NCBI GenBank assembly: GCA_965603825.1
Contig: CBFDEM010000010.1
Span: forward strand, 434,001 to 498,000
Direction of reading: 5' to 3'
Length of the DNA stretch: 64,000 bases
Source of the DNA: Blepharisma stoltei ATCC 30299
Taxonomy: Eukaryota > Protista > Ciliophora
Below are positions 1 to 12,739 of the stretch, one piece after another. Made by a program: the position numbers and the translations under genes. The first letter of the stretch is position 1. The number at the start of each line of letters is the position of its first letter. The notes under the pieces are model-generated. The model was given only the letters and a program-made list of their open reading frames with translations, did no database searches and was not told the origin of the DNA.

Positions 1-448
1 GGAAATGCTGAATAAAGAAGAAGATCGGCTGGATTATTGGACTAATCAAATCCAAGAATCGCTTAATCAGCTTACTAATGATCCAAGCTATGCTGAGTTT
101 GCATATGTCACATATGATGATATTAAGAGCCTGCCAAATTTGACTGAGTATCCTAATGAGACGCTGCTGGCTATAAGAGCACCTCCAGGAACGTCACTTG
201 AAGTACCAGACCCAGAGCAGTTTCCACCTGAGGAAAAGGAAAAATATCAGATCTATCTGCACTCAAAAAGTGGGGAGATTTTGGTATATGTTGTGTCGAG
301 TGATAAACCGATTGAAAATGAAGAGCCGAAGATTTTAAGCACAAATACGTTTAAAGTATCATCAGCGATGGCGGAAGAGCTGAGAAAAAATACTGTTTAT
401 AATAACGCAATGAAAAATGAAGGAATTTCAGATTTGTGGTCAGTTTAA
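1..448 (+). CDS. E2F: E2F-family transcription factor, C-terminal part (5' truncated by window)
   Basis: AYVTYDDI...TLLAIRAPPGTSLEVPDP...YQIYLHSKSGEILVY matches the E2F coiled-coil/marked-box region; ends TAA. Confidence 0.85.
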   Translation, partial: EMLNKEEDRLDYWTNQIQESLNQLTNDPSYAEFAYVTYDDIKSLPNLTEYPNETLLAIRAPPGTSLEVPDPEQFPPEEKEKYQIYLHSKSGEILVYVVSSDKPIENEEPKILSTNTFKVSSAMAEELRKNTVYNNAMKNEGISDLWSV

Positions 449-701
449 GTTAGATAACATTACTTCTGGATTGATGAAATAAAATATTTAATTAAATCTC
501 ACAATAATTATTGTGCTATTATTTGTCTTTGAGATTAAAATAATTAAATTGCGTTTCAATATAAATTAAGGTTGAATTTTTGGATAAATTTAAAATTTAG
601 CATTATTTAGTAGTATTATCTACAAATTTCTAATAAAAATCGAATAATCGTCTCATTCTTTATTTTTATGACCTTCTAGTTTCTTTTATTTCTTTTTATA
701 A

Positions 702-1805
702 ATGGGTAGTTGTAATTTCAAAGAAGACAGTACAGATACAACGGTCAGCATCTCCAAAACGCATTTTCAATTCCAATATGTGATCGGCAAAGGTGGCTTT
801 GGGAAGGTTTGGAAGGTTGAATTGAAGAAATCTCATGAAAATTTTGCTATGAAAGAAATGCTGAAAGCAAGAGTTCTAGCAAAGAAAAGTGTAAATTCAG
901 TGATGAATGAGAGAAGACTCTTGTCAATGCTTCATCATACTTTTATAGTAAACATGCACTATGCATTCCAAGATAGAGAGAATCTTTATTTAGTAATGGA
1001 CCTGATGCCAGGAGGAGACTTAAGATATCATTTAGGACGTTGAAAAACATTTACGGAAGAACAGACTAAATTTTTTATCGCGTGTATTGTGCTAGGTCTT
1101 GAATATTTACATAAAAACGGGATCCTTCATAGAGATATCAAACCTGAAAACTTAGTGATTGACGGTCAAGGATATGTAAGAATCACAGACTTTGGTATCG
1201 CTAGGGTCTGAAATCCAGAAAACGCTAAAGACACAAGTGGTACACCTGGCTATATGGCCCCTGAAGTAATGTGTCGGCAAAATCATGGAGTTGCTGCTGA
1301 CTATTTTGCACTTGGGATTATTGGCTATGAATTTATGAACGGAAAGCGGCCTTATCTAGGAAAGTCAAGGAAAGAAATCCGTGACCAAATTTTAGCTAAG
1401 CAAATCCAAATCAAAAAAAATGAAATTCCTGAAGGATGATCAGTAGAAGCTGCTGATTTTATAAACAGAGTAAAACTTATTTAGATGATTCAAAGAAAAC
1501 CTGGGAATAGGCTAGGGTTAAATGGTCCTGATGAGGTAAAAAACCATCCTTGACTCAAGGATTTTGAATGGGATAAGCTTTTGGAGCACTCTTTAGTGTC
1601 TCCTTTTATACCTGACAAAAATGAAGATAACTTCGATATGAGGCTGCATCTTTCTAATGACCCTTGAAAAGATGCGGATAATAGTGAGCTTCAGGAAAGT
1701 GCAGAACTACTGAGAAATAATTCAACTCAAAATTTATTTGCAGGCTATTTCTATGATATAAATCAGCAACAGCCAAATAATTCTGATTCGGCAACAACAA
1801 AATAA
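702..1805 (+). CDS. AGC-group Ser/Thr protein kinase (5 in-frame TGA=Trp, one 15-nt intron)
   Basis: [33 protein letters not shown](TGA=W); TGA at 1041, 1209, 1437, 1551, 1665; intron 1470-1484; stop TAA 1803-1805; MG N-terminus. Confidence 0.93.
1470..1484 (+). other. 15-nt spliceosomal intron
   Basis: gtaaaacttatttag; carries in-frame TAG; removal restores FINR|MIQRKP..RLG. Confidence 0.9.
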
Positions 1806-2000
1806 TATCTGATACAATACTTTTAGTAATTAATTTAAGGTCAAGCATTCATTTCCTATGAATGAATATATTTTATTATTGTATAACCGCATAAGTAAAC
1901 TAATTAACGCAATAAAAATAAAACTTAAAAAAAATTTAAATAATTTACTAGTAATTTTAATTCTTATCAAAATATTGCAAAACGCCTAGCTATAAGCTTT

Positions 2001-2966
2001 ATGAAGCTAGTCTATATGATATGGTTAATTCTTGAAGCTTTCTTTGTTACATCCTTAGAGCTTCCTCATTTCTACCATAAAACTGAAGAAATTCAAAGAT
2101 ATATTTCATCACTTTCATGCCCAGCCTTAAAATTAAAATCATCAGACACAATACACTCCTATTATATTTCAGCCTCAACCCCTCACGCACTCAAGGTATT
2201 TTTGCTATTTGGCGAGCACCCTAGGGAATTAATATCAACTGAGCTAGGCCTTGAATTTATAAAAGAAGCCTGCAACGGATCACTTTCATCTGTTCTCTCA
2301 GTTGCTGAAGTAATGATTGTGCTCAATGCAAACCCAAAAGCAAGGAAAAAAGTGGAAAACGGAGACTTTTGTATTAGAACTAATGATAATGGAGTTGATA
2401 TCAATAGAAACTGAGGCTCTCACTGGGAATCTATTAACTGTAATACGCATCCTGATACATGCCCTGGAAATAAAGCATTCAGCGAAGCTGAGACTTTGGC
2501 GATAAAAAAGCTGCTTGAAGACTTCGACCCAGATCTTTTTATTTCAATACATTCAGGAAAAAAGGCACTTTTCATGCCATATGCTTATAAAAAATCCTCT
2601 GGAAATCGATATCATGAAAAAATGCTTGATGTACTCAATCAAGTAAATACAAAGCATTGCCACTGTGCAGTAGGCCCAGCAGCTGAAATTCTTGACTATG
2701 TATGTCCAGGAAATTGCATGGACTATGCATATGATCGCACAAAAGTCCCTTTTTCTTTTGCTTTTGAAATTTATGAGCAAACTTCTGCATTTAAGAGTTT
2801 TCTTCAAAAGCCTTATTCGTGTTTTATACAAACGACTCAGCATATGAGCAACTCAGAGTGCTTTTATTTTTTCAATCCTAAGAGTGAGGATGATTATAAG
2901 TACACATTAGATACTTGGATGGGAATTTTGAAAGATACAATTTTACTTGTTGCTGATGAAATTTAG
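2001..2966 (+). CDS. Secreted M14 zinc carboxypeptidase
   Basis: Signal peptide; GEHPRE (HxxE), DINRN(TGA=W) at 2412, SIHSG, FEIY; two track ORFs are in frame across the TGA. Confidence 0.9.
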
Positions 2967-3226
2967 AATTAATAAACTAATATAATTTTTAGCCCATAAT
3001 TTTGAGGATTTATGATTGGTAATTATTTTAAAATAATATATTGTTGAGAGCATATCTGATGAATAATTTTTACGAAATTAGAGAAATAACTGGAGTTTCA
3101 TATGAGTTTATTCTTTGAGGATAAACCTATAGCTAATCAGACTTTTGTTAAGATTTGCTTGTACCAGAACAGAAAAAAATGTCTGATTAATTAATCATAA
3201 TATTAATATAATTATTAAAATTAAAT

Positions 3227-4354
3227 TTATTCCCTTGCTTCCATTCTGCACTGCTCAATTTCCAATTTTCTTTCTTCTTCATTTAATTGGTTTCCATCAT
3301 AATATTGGTTCATTTCCTTTCCTACCCATAATTTTTCAAATTCTCCAACAAGGTTCATTGCTTCTTTTTTCATCTGTTGAGTATTCAGATCAGAATCAGC
3401 TTTATCAAAAGAAATTTTCAGAGATGCAACTCCACCTTTAAATTCGCCCTTATCAGCAGAACTGTATGGATTTAAATTGAGATCTGCAATGTTCACCATT
3501 TGGCTTCCTTGTAATTTTTCATGTATTTGAGGTAATTTTAATATCTGTTTAGCGCTGCTCACAGGAATAGAGCTTGTCATCATATTAATTGGCTTCATCG
3601 GATGCTTCACCATTTCTTTGGCCATTGTGCTTCCTGATTTAACGACATTTTCTGTAGTAATTCCTCCAAGTTTGATCATAGAAGCTGCTATTTTTTTGGC
3701 AACTCCAAGAGTAGAAAGCCCTGTACGAATTGTTTTGCCAGCTACATTATAAACTGCAGACTCTGCAGACTCCACAACATACCATATCGTATTTTCAGCA
3801 GTTTTTAATACAGGTTTTACTAACCCAAACGCAAAAGACCCAGTATCCATAGTTAAATCCATAGTAAAATCATATATTCCCCTTATTCCAGTATGCTTTA
3901 CTTTTTCAACCTTTTTTCCTTCAAAGTCCATATTTTCGTCAATAATTTTTTTTCCTTCCTCAACCTCCAAAACCCCAGGCTCGAAATTTTTGCCTTGAGA
4001 AATGACGCATAATCTTTTTCTATAATAATGAGCTGCTTTGCTATTATATTTGATTTCTATTCGTGTCAAATGATTAAAACCATATATGTTGAAATAATCT
4101 TTGAGGGTTGAATTTCCTCCTGCAGTCATGTGCTTTAAATGCTGGGGTGTCCAGGTTTTATCACGCAGCAATTTTATTATTTCGGTAAATGGGTGAATGG
4201 AGCTGTGAGCTTGAGCACACTTAGAGCATATAAAAATCCCATAAGTTATGGAAGCATATTCGGGGTCAGGACTTATGCAATCGAAACAGTAGTTGTTTTC
4301 GTCGTCTTCTTTGAGTTTTTTGAATACTTTTTGGGGAATATCAGATCCTTCCAT
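3227..4354 (-). CDS. ArfGAP domain protein
   Basis: N-terminal CFDC-x16-CSKC...H zinc finger, WT and GGN motifs of ArfGAP. Confidence 0.85.
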   Translation of the reverse strand: MEGSDIPQKVFKKLKEDDENNYCFDCISPDPEYASITYGIFICSKCAQAHSSIHPFTEIIKLLRDKTWTPQHLKHMTAGGNSTLKDYFNIYGFNHLTRIEIKYNSKAAHYYRKRLCVISQGKNFEPGVLEVEEGKKIIDENMDFEGKKVEKVKHTGIRGIYDFTMDLTMDTGSFAFGLVKPVLKTAENTIWYVVESAESAVYNVAGKTIRTGLSTLGVAKKIAASMIKLGGITTENVVKSGSTMAKEMVKHPMKPINMMTSSIPVSSAKQILKLPQIHEKLQGSQMVNIADLNLNPYSSADKGEFKGGVASLKISFDKADSDLNTQQMKKEAMNLVGEFEKLWVGKEMNQYYDGNQLNEEERKLEIEQCRMEARE

Positions 4355-5086
4355 CTTTATTATTTATGATGGGAAAATTTTGAGATTGCTAATGACGTAA
4401 TCAGATCATTTTGTTAAGCAAAACTAGAATAGGATATTTTTTGGCAATTAAGGTTAAAAACGAGAGATTTATTAATTTCTTATCGGGAAATAATCATGAG
4501 AAAAGTCTATTCTTATAGAATAGGATTTGATGAAGAATATGCAGAATTAAGGAGTTCATCAATATAAATAAAAGATTATCGATAAATAGCTTATAAATCT
4601 AACATAAATTGAATTCAATCTATGAAGATGCTATGCATTTTTACCTCCCAAATTAAATTTGATGCCAGCTATTTATATATATTATTTAAATAGAAACGTT
4701 AACTCTAATGATTCGTACAGTAATTATGATAAGATTAAAATTTTACAAAATATTCAAGCATAAATTCATATTTTTACTCGGTATAAGACATTTGAAAAAC
4801 TAATCTGATTAATTATCTAAATAACTTTTAATAATAATTTCTTTATTTATTCTATAAAACAGATTTATCCAAGATTTTGCTTTTTCCTCAGCACACTTTA
4901 CTGTTTATTTTAGCCATATAGCGCGTGCTGTTAAAAATAATAATACTAAATATATTAATCCCCAGAAATCTCCCTTTTTAAATTCAATTCCCTATGACCA
5001 TTAATTCAGTCATATTTAATCTTATCCAAATAGTACCGGAATGTTGATTTGTTAAATGGTGCATTTTATCTCAAATAATAATTCTG

Positions 5087-5599
5087 ATGAAGTATGCAAT
5101 TTTGTTCATGCTTTGCGCAGCTGCATTTGCAACAGGCATAGATGATATAAAAGGTAGATCTACAAGGGAACTTGGAGGATGGTGTTATGATTGGGACGAC
5201 GTAAATGATAGCAATGGAGGGGCTGACATTGATGAAGCTATGAATCAAACTTTGCCAGTTCAGCTGACAAACACAACAACCAACACAACTGGGCTTGGCA
5301 GCTGTGACTGCAATTGTACATGTGATTGCTTTTCCTGTAATTGCTCGTGCAACTGCACTACACCATTAGGAAACCAAACAGTGCCACCACCTGGCAACGA
5401 CACAAATCAGACTAATACGACAAATTGTACTTGCCATCGCCCTCGTCGTCCTAGATGTCACCAAAGATGTAGGCCATTTGACTGTGATGGCGATGACTAC
5501 TGGATCACTGAAGAGCTAACAAGGAATGCTGAATTTTTAGAATATGAAGATTTAAGCGATACTATTGATTTTATGGCTGAGCGCCAAGTGGATCCTTAA
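5087..5599 (+). CDS. Secreted Cys/Thr/Asn-rich protein, unknown function
   Basis: Signal peptide MKYAILFMLCAAAFA; CxC run; many NxT/S sequons. Confidence 0.75.
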   Translation: MKYAILFMLCAAAFATGIDDIKGRSTRELGGWCYDWDDVNDSNGGADIDEAMNQTLPVQLTNTTTNTTGLGSCDCNCTCDCFSCNCSCNCTTPLGNQTVPPPGNDTNQTNTTNCTCHRPRRPRCHQRCRPFDCDGDDYWITEELTRNAEFLEYEDLSDTIDFMAERQVDP

Positions 5600-5641
5600 T
5601 TAATTTGTAGTATTTTATTAATAAATTTTCAATAATTTAAA

Positions 5642-6559
5642 TTAAAACTCCATAGACTCCTTTGTGGGTACAAGCGAGTCTGCAGGAGGAAGGCTCAAGC
5701 TTTCTACCGCTATATGCCTTCTATCCAATTTAATTCCAAATGCCAAAGCGTCGAAATCTATATTTTTGAGTGAATGAATCCTAGGACACTTAATGATCCT
5801 TAACAACCCAGAATAATCCCCAAAAGAATCTCCTGAAATTGCAAAATTTTCAGTTGAAAGGACAATATCACAGCTTTGGTTGAGTAAAGTCACTAATTCA
5901 GTTTCCAAACCTGACGTAAGGGAAGTAATCATGCATATTGCATTCAGAGATTTCACCAATAGCTTCAAAGACTGCAAAAACTGAAAAATTTCTGATATAG
6001 GTGCCTTCGGCCATGACGGCCCTAAAAATGATTTTATAAAAATTCGTCTAATTCCAGTATCATTAGCTGATTCTAACGAATTTTGTATGTCACTAAATAT
6101 TTGGCTTCATAATTTCCTATACAAATCTTGTTCTGTTACATCAATTGTGTATTGGTTTATTTTTTCATTTCCCATCGATTTCAATAAATCAAACGCATAA
6201 GGCTCTTTAACTGAGCTCGTCTGTGGATAATGCTCATATCGCCACGCAATTCTTAACTCAGCTGACTCTTGCTTCTTTATTTTTCTGATATCAGGGACCA
6301 GGTTTTCTTCATATGCATCAGAATAAACAAATATTTTTTCTGAATTTATTACGCCTTCTCCTAAGAAGCATCTTGCTATTTGTAATGATTGATAATTAAG
6401 AGAGTCTTCTTGGATTAAAACAATTGAAGAGAGTGGTAAGCCTCCTTGGAATATATGGTCAAGTGAAGGGATTCCTGTGCGCACCAGAGGCAGACTGCTT
6501 GGAGCTGCTTTTTTTTTGGCTGCTTTAGAATGTCTTATGAAAATGCCTGACTCAGCCAT
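5642..6559 (-). CDS. ELP4: Elongator complex subunit 4
   Basis: TGIPSLDHIFQGGLPL, LRIAWRY and C-terminal IKLDRRHIAVESLSLPP motifs; two ORFs joined in frame by TGA at 6107-6109. Confidence 0.88.
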
Positions 6560-6565
6560 ATAATA

Positions 6566-7594
6566 ATGATCAATTTAGAAAGGCCAGGGGAAGAGGTTAA
6601 AGATAAAAACACCAAACAAAACTTAAAAAGGAGAATTTCAAGGCTGATTTTAGATATAAACCCTTCTTTAACAGAACAAGAAACTTTTGAAAGGTTTCCG
6701 GGATCGCATCCTGTTTCTTTTACAAGAGATCTATTGGGCGCAACATGCCAATATCTGATTTGTGAAAAGACTGATGGGGTGAGGTATCTTTTGTTTATCC
6801 CTGCTATACCAAAACTTAGAGGGATTGTAGAGGTTTTTGCTTATCTTGTTGATAGGAAGTTTGCGTTTTGGAAGGTGGTTCTTTATATCCCAGGGAATAT
6901 GCTGACTGGGGATAGTTTATTCGATGTTGAGCTTGTCATAGATTATAACACTGATATCAGATTATTAGTTTTCGATACTCTTTATGCAAGAGGGATGTGC
7001 TACATGCTTAATAATTACTATGAAAGGCTGAGAGCGGCATGGCTTGAGCTAATATATCCAATTCGTGAAAGTGGGACTAAATCAAAAAACGCAATTGAGC
7101 TATTTTTGAAAGATTTTTATAGGACTGATGATATAGATTTCCTCGTGAACTCTATACAAACCAGGCTCCCACATGCAACTGATGGGATAATTTTTACTAG
7201 AGTTGATGCTCCTTATATTGTTGGAACAAACAGCAATATAGTTAAATGAAAACCAAATAACTTGAATTCAGTAGATTTTATTATAAAGCCAAGCCAAAAT
7301 GATGGAATTTACAATCTTTTTACCAAAAATTTGAAAATTATTGAAAAATTTGGGGAAATTGAAATATTTGACGAAGAGCAAAGAGAAATAATTAAATATA
7401 ACCAAAATCTTATTGCGGAGTGCTGCTATTTAGATGGAAAATGGAAGATTCATAAGATTAGGACAGATAAAGATACCCCAAATACAACTCTTGTCGCGCA
7501 AAGGGTTTTTAAGAGTATATCTGATAATGTGACCGTTGAAGAGTTAATAGCTGCTTTCAAAGCAAAATCGTTAAAAGCGCATAAATCTCAATAA
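6566..7594 (+). CDS. mRNA capping enzyme, stand-alone guanylyltransferase
   Basis: FPGSHPVSF, KTDGVRY (motif I), FDVEL, DGIIF, K(TGA=W)KP motif V at 7247, RTDK motif VI. Confidence 0.92.
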
Positions 7595-7721
7595 ATGACC
7601 ACACAAATAATGCTTATTAATAACTAATAAATATTATTTAGAGGAAAATCATATAATTAGTATAATAGTTTCCATTAATAAAATATTATTCATTTTTATA
7701 TAAAATAATTACCTAGAGTCC

Positions 7722-9240
<1,519 letters not shown>

Positions 9241-10198
9241 ATTTAATATTATACTGCCGTTTTTTGAAGGATTAATTAAGGTCAAAAAATATTTATATCA
9301 ATTTTCCTTATTTTCTGAGATCTTTTGCAAAAATGAGATAGAACAAAAATTTATCTTGTTTCATTAATTATATAACAAAATTATCTAATAAGTTGTCTTG
9401 CTAACATATATTCAATTTCTGCTAATTTAGAGTAATAAAAAAGCCTTATATTGGACTTTTAAGCATCGAGCTTCTATGAGAAATTACATTAATGCATTAT
9501 CTAAACTTGACTTCGCCAAGTATATAATAATTCAAGGGGTAATCTATTTGCCACTTCGCACCTTAAAGCGCTTTTCAAAACACCAAAAATTCCCAAATAT
9601 AATTGGTTTCGCAAAATAAAGTTTTTTGCATGAATTCTTATTATAAATAATTCATATAATTTAAGTTCGAATTAACGATAATCACTTCAATTTGAATTGA
9701 TATATTTTTGATAAGAAATACTAAAGAATAATTTTAAATAAAAGCTGTTTGATTATATTGAATAATTTTGAAATATAAGCCACTTTATAAAAATGGATAG
9801 TTTGACAGAGAAAACAATAATCCTCTATTATGTGAAGGCTGAATTTACTGAAAAAAGAAATATCTTGCTCTCCTCATTTAATTTGGAGTAAAATGCATGC
9901 AAATTTTAAAAATTTACTTTATTTTAAAAGGGAAAGTATTAGTAGGATACTTTTTAAATAAATCTAGCGCTTTGAATCTAATTTTATAAATTATTTTTAA
10001 AAAGAAAACCTATAAGCTAATCATGGAGAAATTAGGGTAATGCAAAGGTAGTAATGAAGTAAAGCTAAAATTTTTGATGCTACCAATAGCAATATCTATA
10101 TCCCGCGCTTTATAGACCATGGCAATCCAAGTTATTTTAGGACATCATATACATTATTCAAAAAATGAATTACTATTTTCAACTTAATTCTTGGCTTA

Positions 10199-12433
10199 TT
10201 ATCCAGGCCATATTTTCTTTTTCGTTAAATCTATAATTCTCTGTGTTCCACATCTTCTTATTTCATCTTCTTTTTGGATTATTGAATTTTTACTACTATT
10301 ATCTGTGTTATATGAAAGTGTCTTGATTTTATTTCGATTCATCTCATACTCCCAAGATGCTAAGTTTGCTTTTAGCTGCTCTAAGCAATTTTCCTCCACT
10401 TGAGCAGAGCCTAAATAATTCGACAGAGCCTCATATAATGGCAACACAATCATCCTTATAAACCCAGCTTGTGACTTCGATATGTCTGTAGTTTCTCTAT
10501 CGCAGTACATAGATACAGGCTGTTTCATACTTTTCTCCATATCTCCTTGTCTGAAAAATTCTTCAATGACAAGTTTGCTCCATTTATGATGAAGGTCAAT
10601 GCTTTTGGCAGCGTGGCCCACATCTGCAGCTTTGATGCTCATTTTCAAAATGTCGATCCTCTGATCTACTGTTTCGAATTGATTAGGAGGTTTTAAAGCT
10701 TTTGCTTTGAACTGTGCTAATAAATCCCAATGCTTGCTCATATCTGTGGCTAATATCATTTCTATGATGAGTTTTCTAACACTCGTATAGTGCTCAGTAT
10801 CAAGAGATGCAAGAATATTTGCATCTTGGCCTTTTAGCAATTGAAAAGTCGTGGAACAATGCATCATTTCGAGAACAGAATAGTCATTATCTATATAAAA
10901 ATTACACATATTAGCAAGATCGTCTTTGTTGACTATTAAAAACCGATTTGTCAGGCCTGGATGTCCAACGTCATGACCTAAAGCTGCTAAAATAACAGCT
11001 AGCATATCATACTCTGAAAATAGCTCTGATAGGACTGATTGATTAATAAAAAACAGAAAGGATGACAGCACATCTGCTGCGTGGGTCGAATTGTGATACG
11101 GGTTTTCTGTCTTATACCCTTGTTCCATATCTTGGAAAAAGTTGACATAAACCATTTCATTAATATTAAGAATTTCATCCAGCCTAAACTTTTTCATAGA
11201 ATACTTCCCTACTGTAACAAGTGGCTTACCTCTTGTGCATTCCTTTAAAAAAAACATGTCGAAATTTCAGTTCTTCCCTATGTGCTTTAAAACTCCTATC
11301 AATTCTTCGACGTCGTAAACTTTATAAGTTAAAGCAATTTCGTCAGTTTTTCTGACTCTTAGCTTATTTCTTGGCTTTATTGGGAGGGTTTTTACTTGTT
11401 CATTTTGGGTTTGTTTAATAAACAGCTTGTCGTCTTCATCAAGACCTTTTGTGATCGTTTCTATATCAGTTGAATAGATATTGGTCTGAGACCTTATTTT
11501 TCCGACTACTTTATTTACAAGTTCATGGATCCTCATGACTCGGCTTTTGTTGTCGTCTGCTGAAATATCAGCAATAATTTGTTTTGCGTTTGTAAGGGTT
11601 TCTAATAAGCAGTCTATGATTTCTTCTAACTCTGTTTTTGGCTCGAAACTTCCATGGTTAGCGGCATCGTCAAAACCTTCAGTAGCATTTACGGTCATTT
11701 GAAATTTTTTTCTGGTCACTACTTCATGTGTATAAAAAGTCTTAGTTTCTACTAAAACTCGATAATAGAAAAATCCGACCTCAAATAGTGTCGTCGCCAA
11801 GTGCTGGTTTCCAAGAATGTGTGAAATAAGGAATACTACAGCAATCAGAGTATTTCATAGGAAATAATTCAAAAAATTGGTATGGAGAATAAACTTTGAT
11901 GTGCTTAATAGAACAAGCAAGCCTGGAAGACAGGACATATAAGTTACTGAGTCTTCATCAAACATTGCTGCTTGAACCGGACCATTGTTTAAAATAAGCA
12001 TAACTGCTGTCAAAAAATAGCTGATCTGAAGCAGCTCAGGACGAATGCTATTGAGAGCCATCGTGTAAAATCCTAGCAGGTATATTGAAGAATTCGCCAA
12101 AAATTGCCCCAAAAACAGTCCTATTTGGCATCCAAAAACTCTTGATGTGCTTTCCTTTAAAGAGACAGCAATGATATAAATAAGCAAATAAACCGCAAGC
12201 AGAAAATAATAGCTGAATAAAAAGATTTTAAGTCGGTATCGCAACTCAGTTATAATATTTGTAGCACTTGAGTCATTGCTTGTTATCACGTTTTGATAGT
12301 GACGCTCAAGAGATCGGCTTGGAAACTTTAAAATTTTGCCAAGTGGGCTGAGGAAGTGGGTGTTGGAGTGAGCTGAAAAGCCGGATAGAGTGAAAGGATT
12401 CTCTTCTGGGTTATTTGATTGTCTTGTTCTCAT
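10199..12433 (-). CDS. Membrane-anchored class I cyclic-nucleotide phosphodiesterase
   Basis: N-terminal hydrophobic helices; (TGA=W)NFD at 11267, YHNSTHAAD, HDVGHPG, TDMSKH, SQAGFI; TGA at 11855 and 11267; in-frame intron 10891-10905. Confidence 0.9.
10891..10905 (-). other. 15-nt in-frame, stop-free intron
   Basis: gtaatttttatatag; removal converts MCNFYIDNDYSVLE to the conserved MYNDYSVLE. Confidence 0.88.
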
Positions 12434-12739
12434 TGATTATTATATTTTAAAATCAATTTATTACCAATTAAGATGAGCTTAGTGACTAAATTAGTCTCTC
12501 AAAAATGAAAGGTTTCTTTTGAAAGAGAAAAACAAAATAAATTGATAAAAACATAATCTTGAGTTTGTGCTCCAATTAATGATGCTATGCTTTTTTGACA
12601 AGAAATTTAAATAATATTATAATTTTCATAAATTCTATACAGATCTATAGGTTATTATGAAATAACAGCGGCTTTATTATCAAAAGACGAGGTTGGTAAT
12701 AATAATCTAAGGCAAGCAGTATTATTAAAAGTTCTCTGA

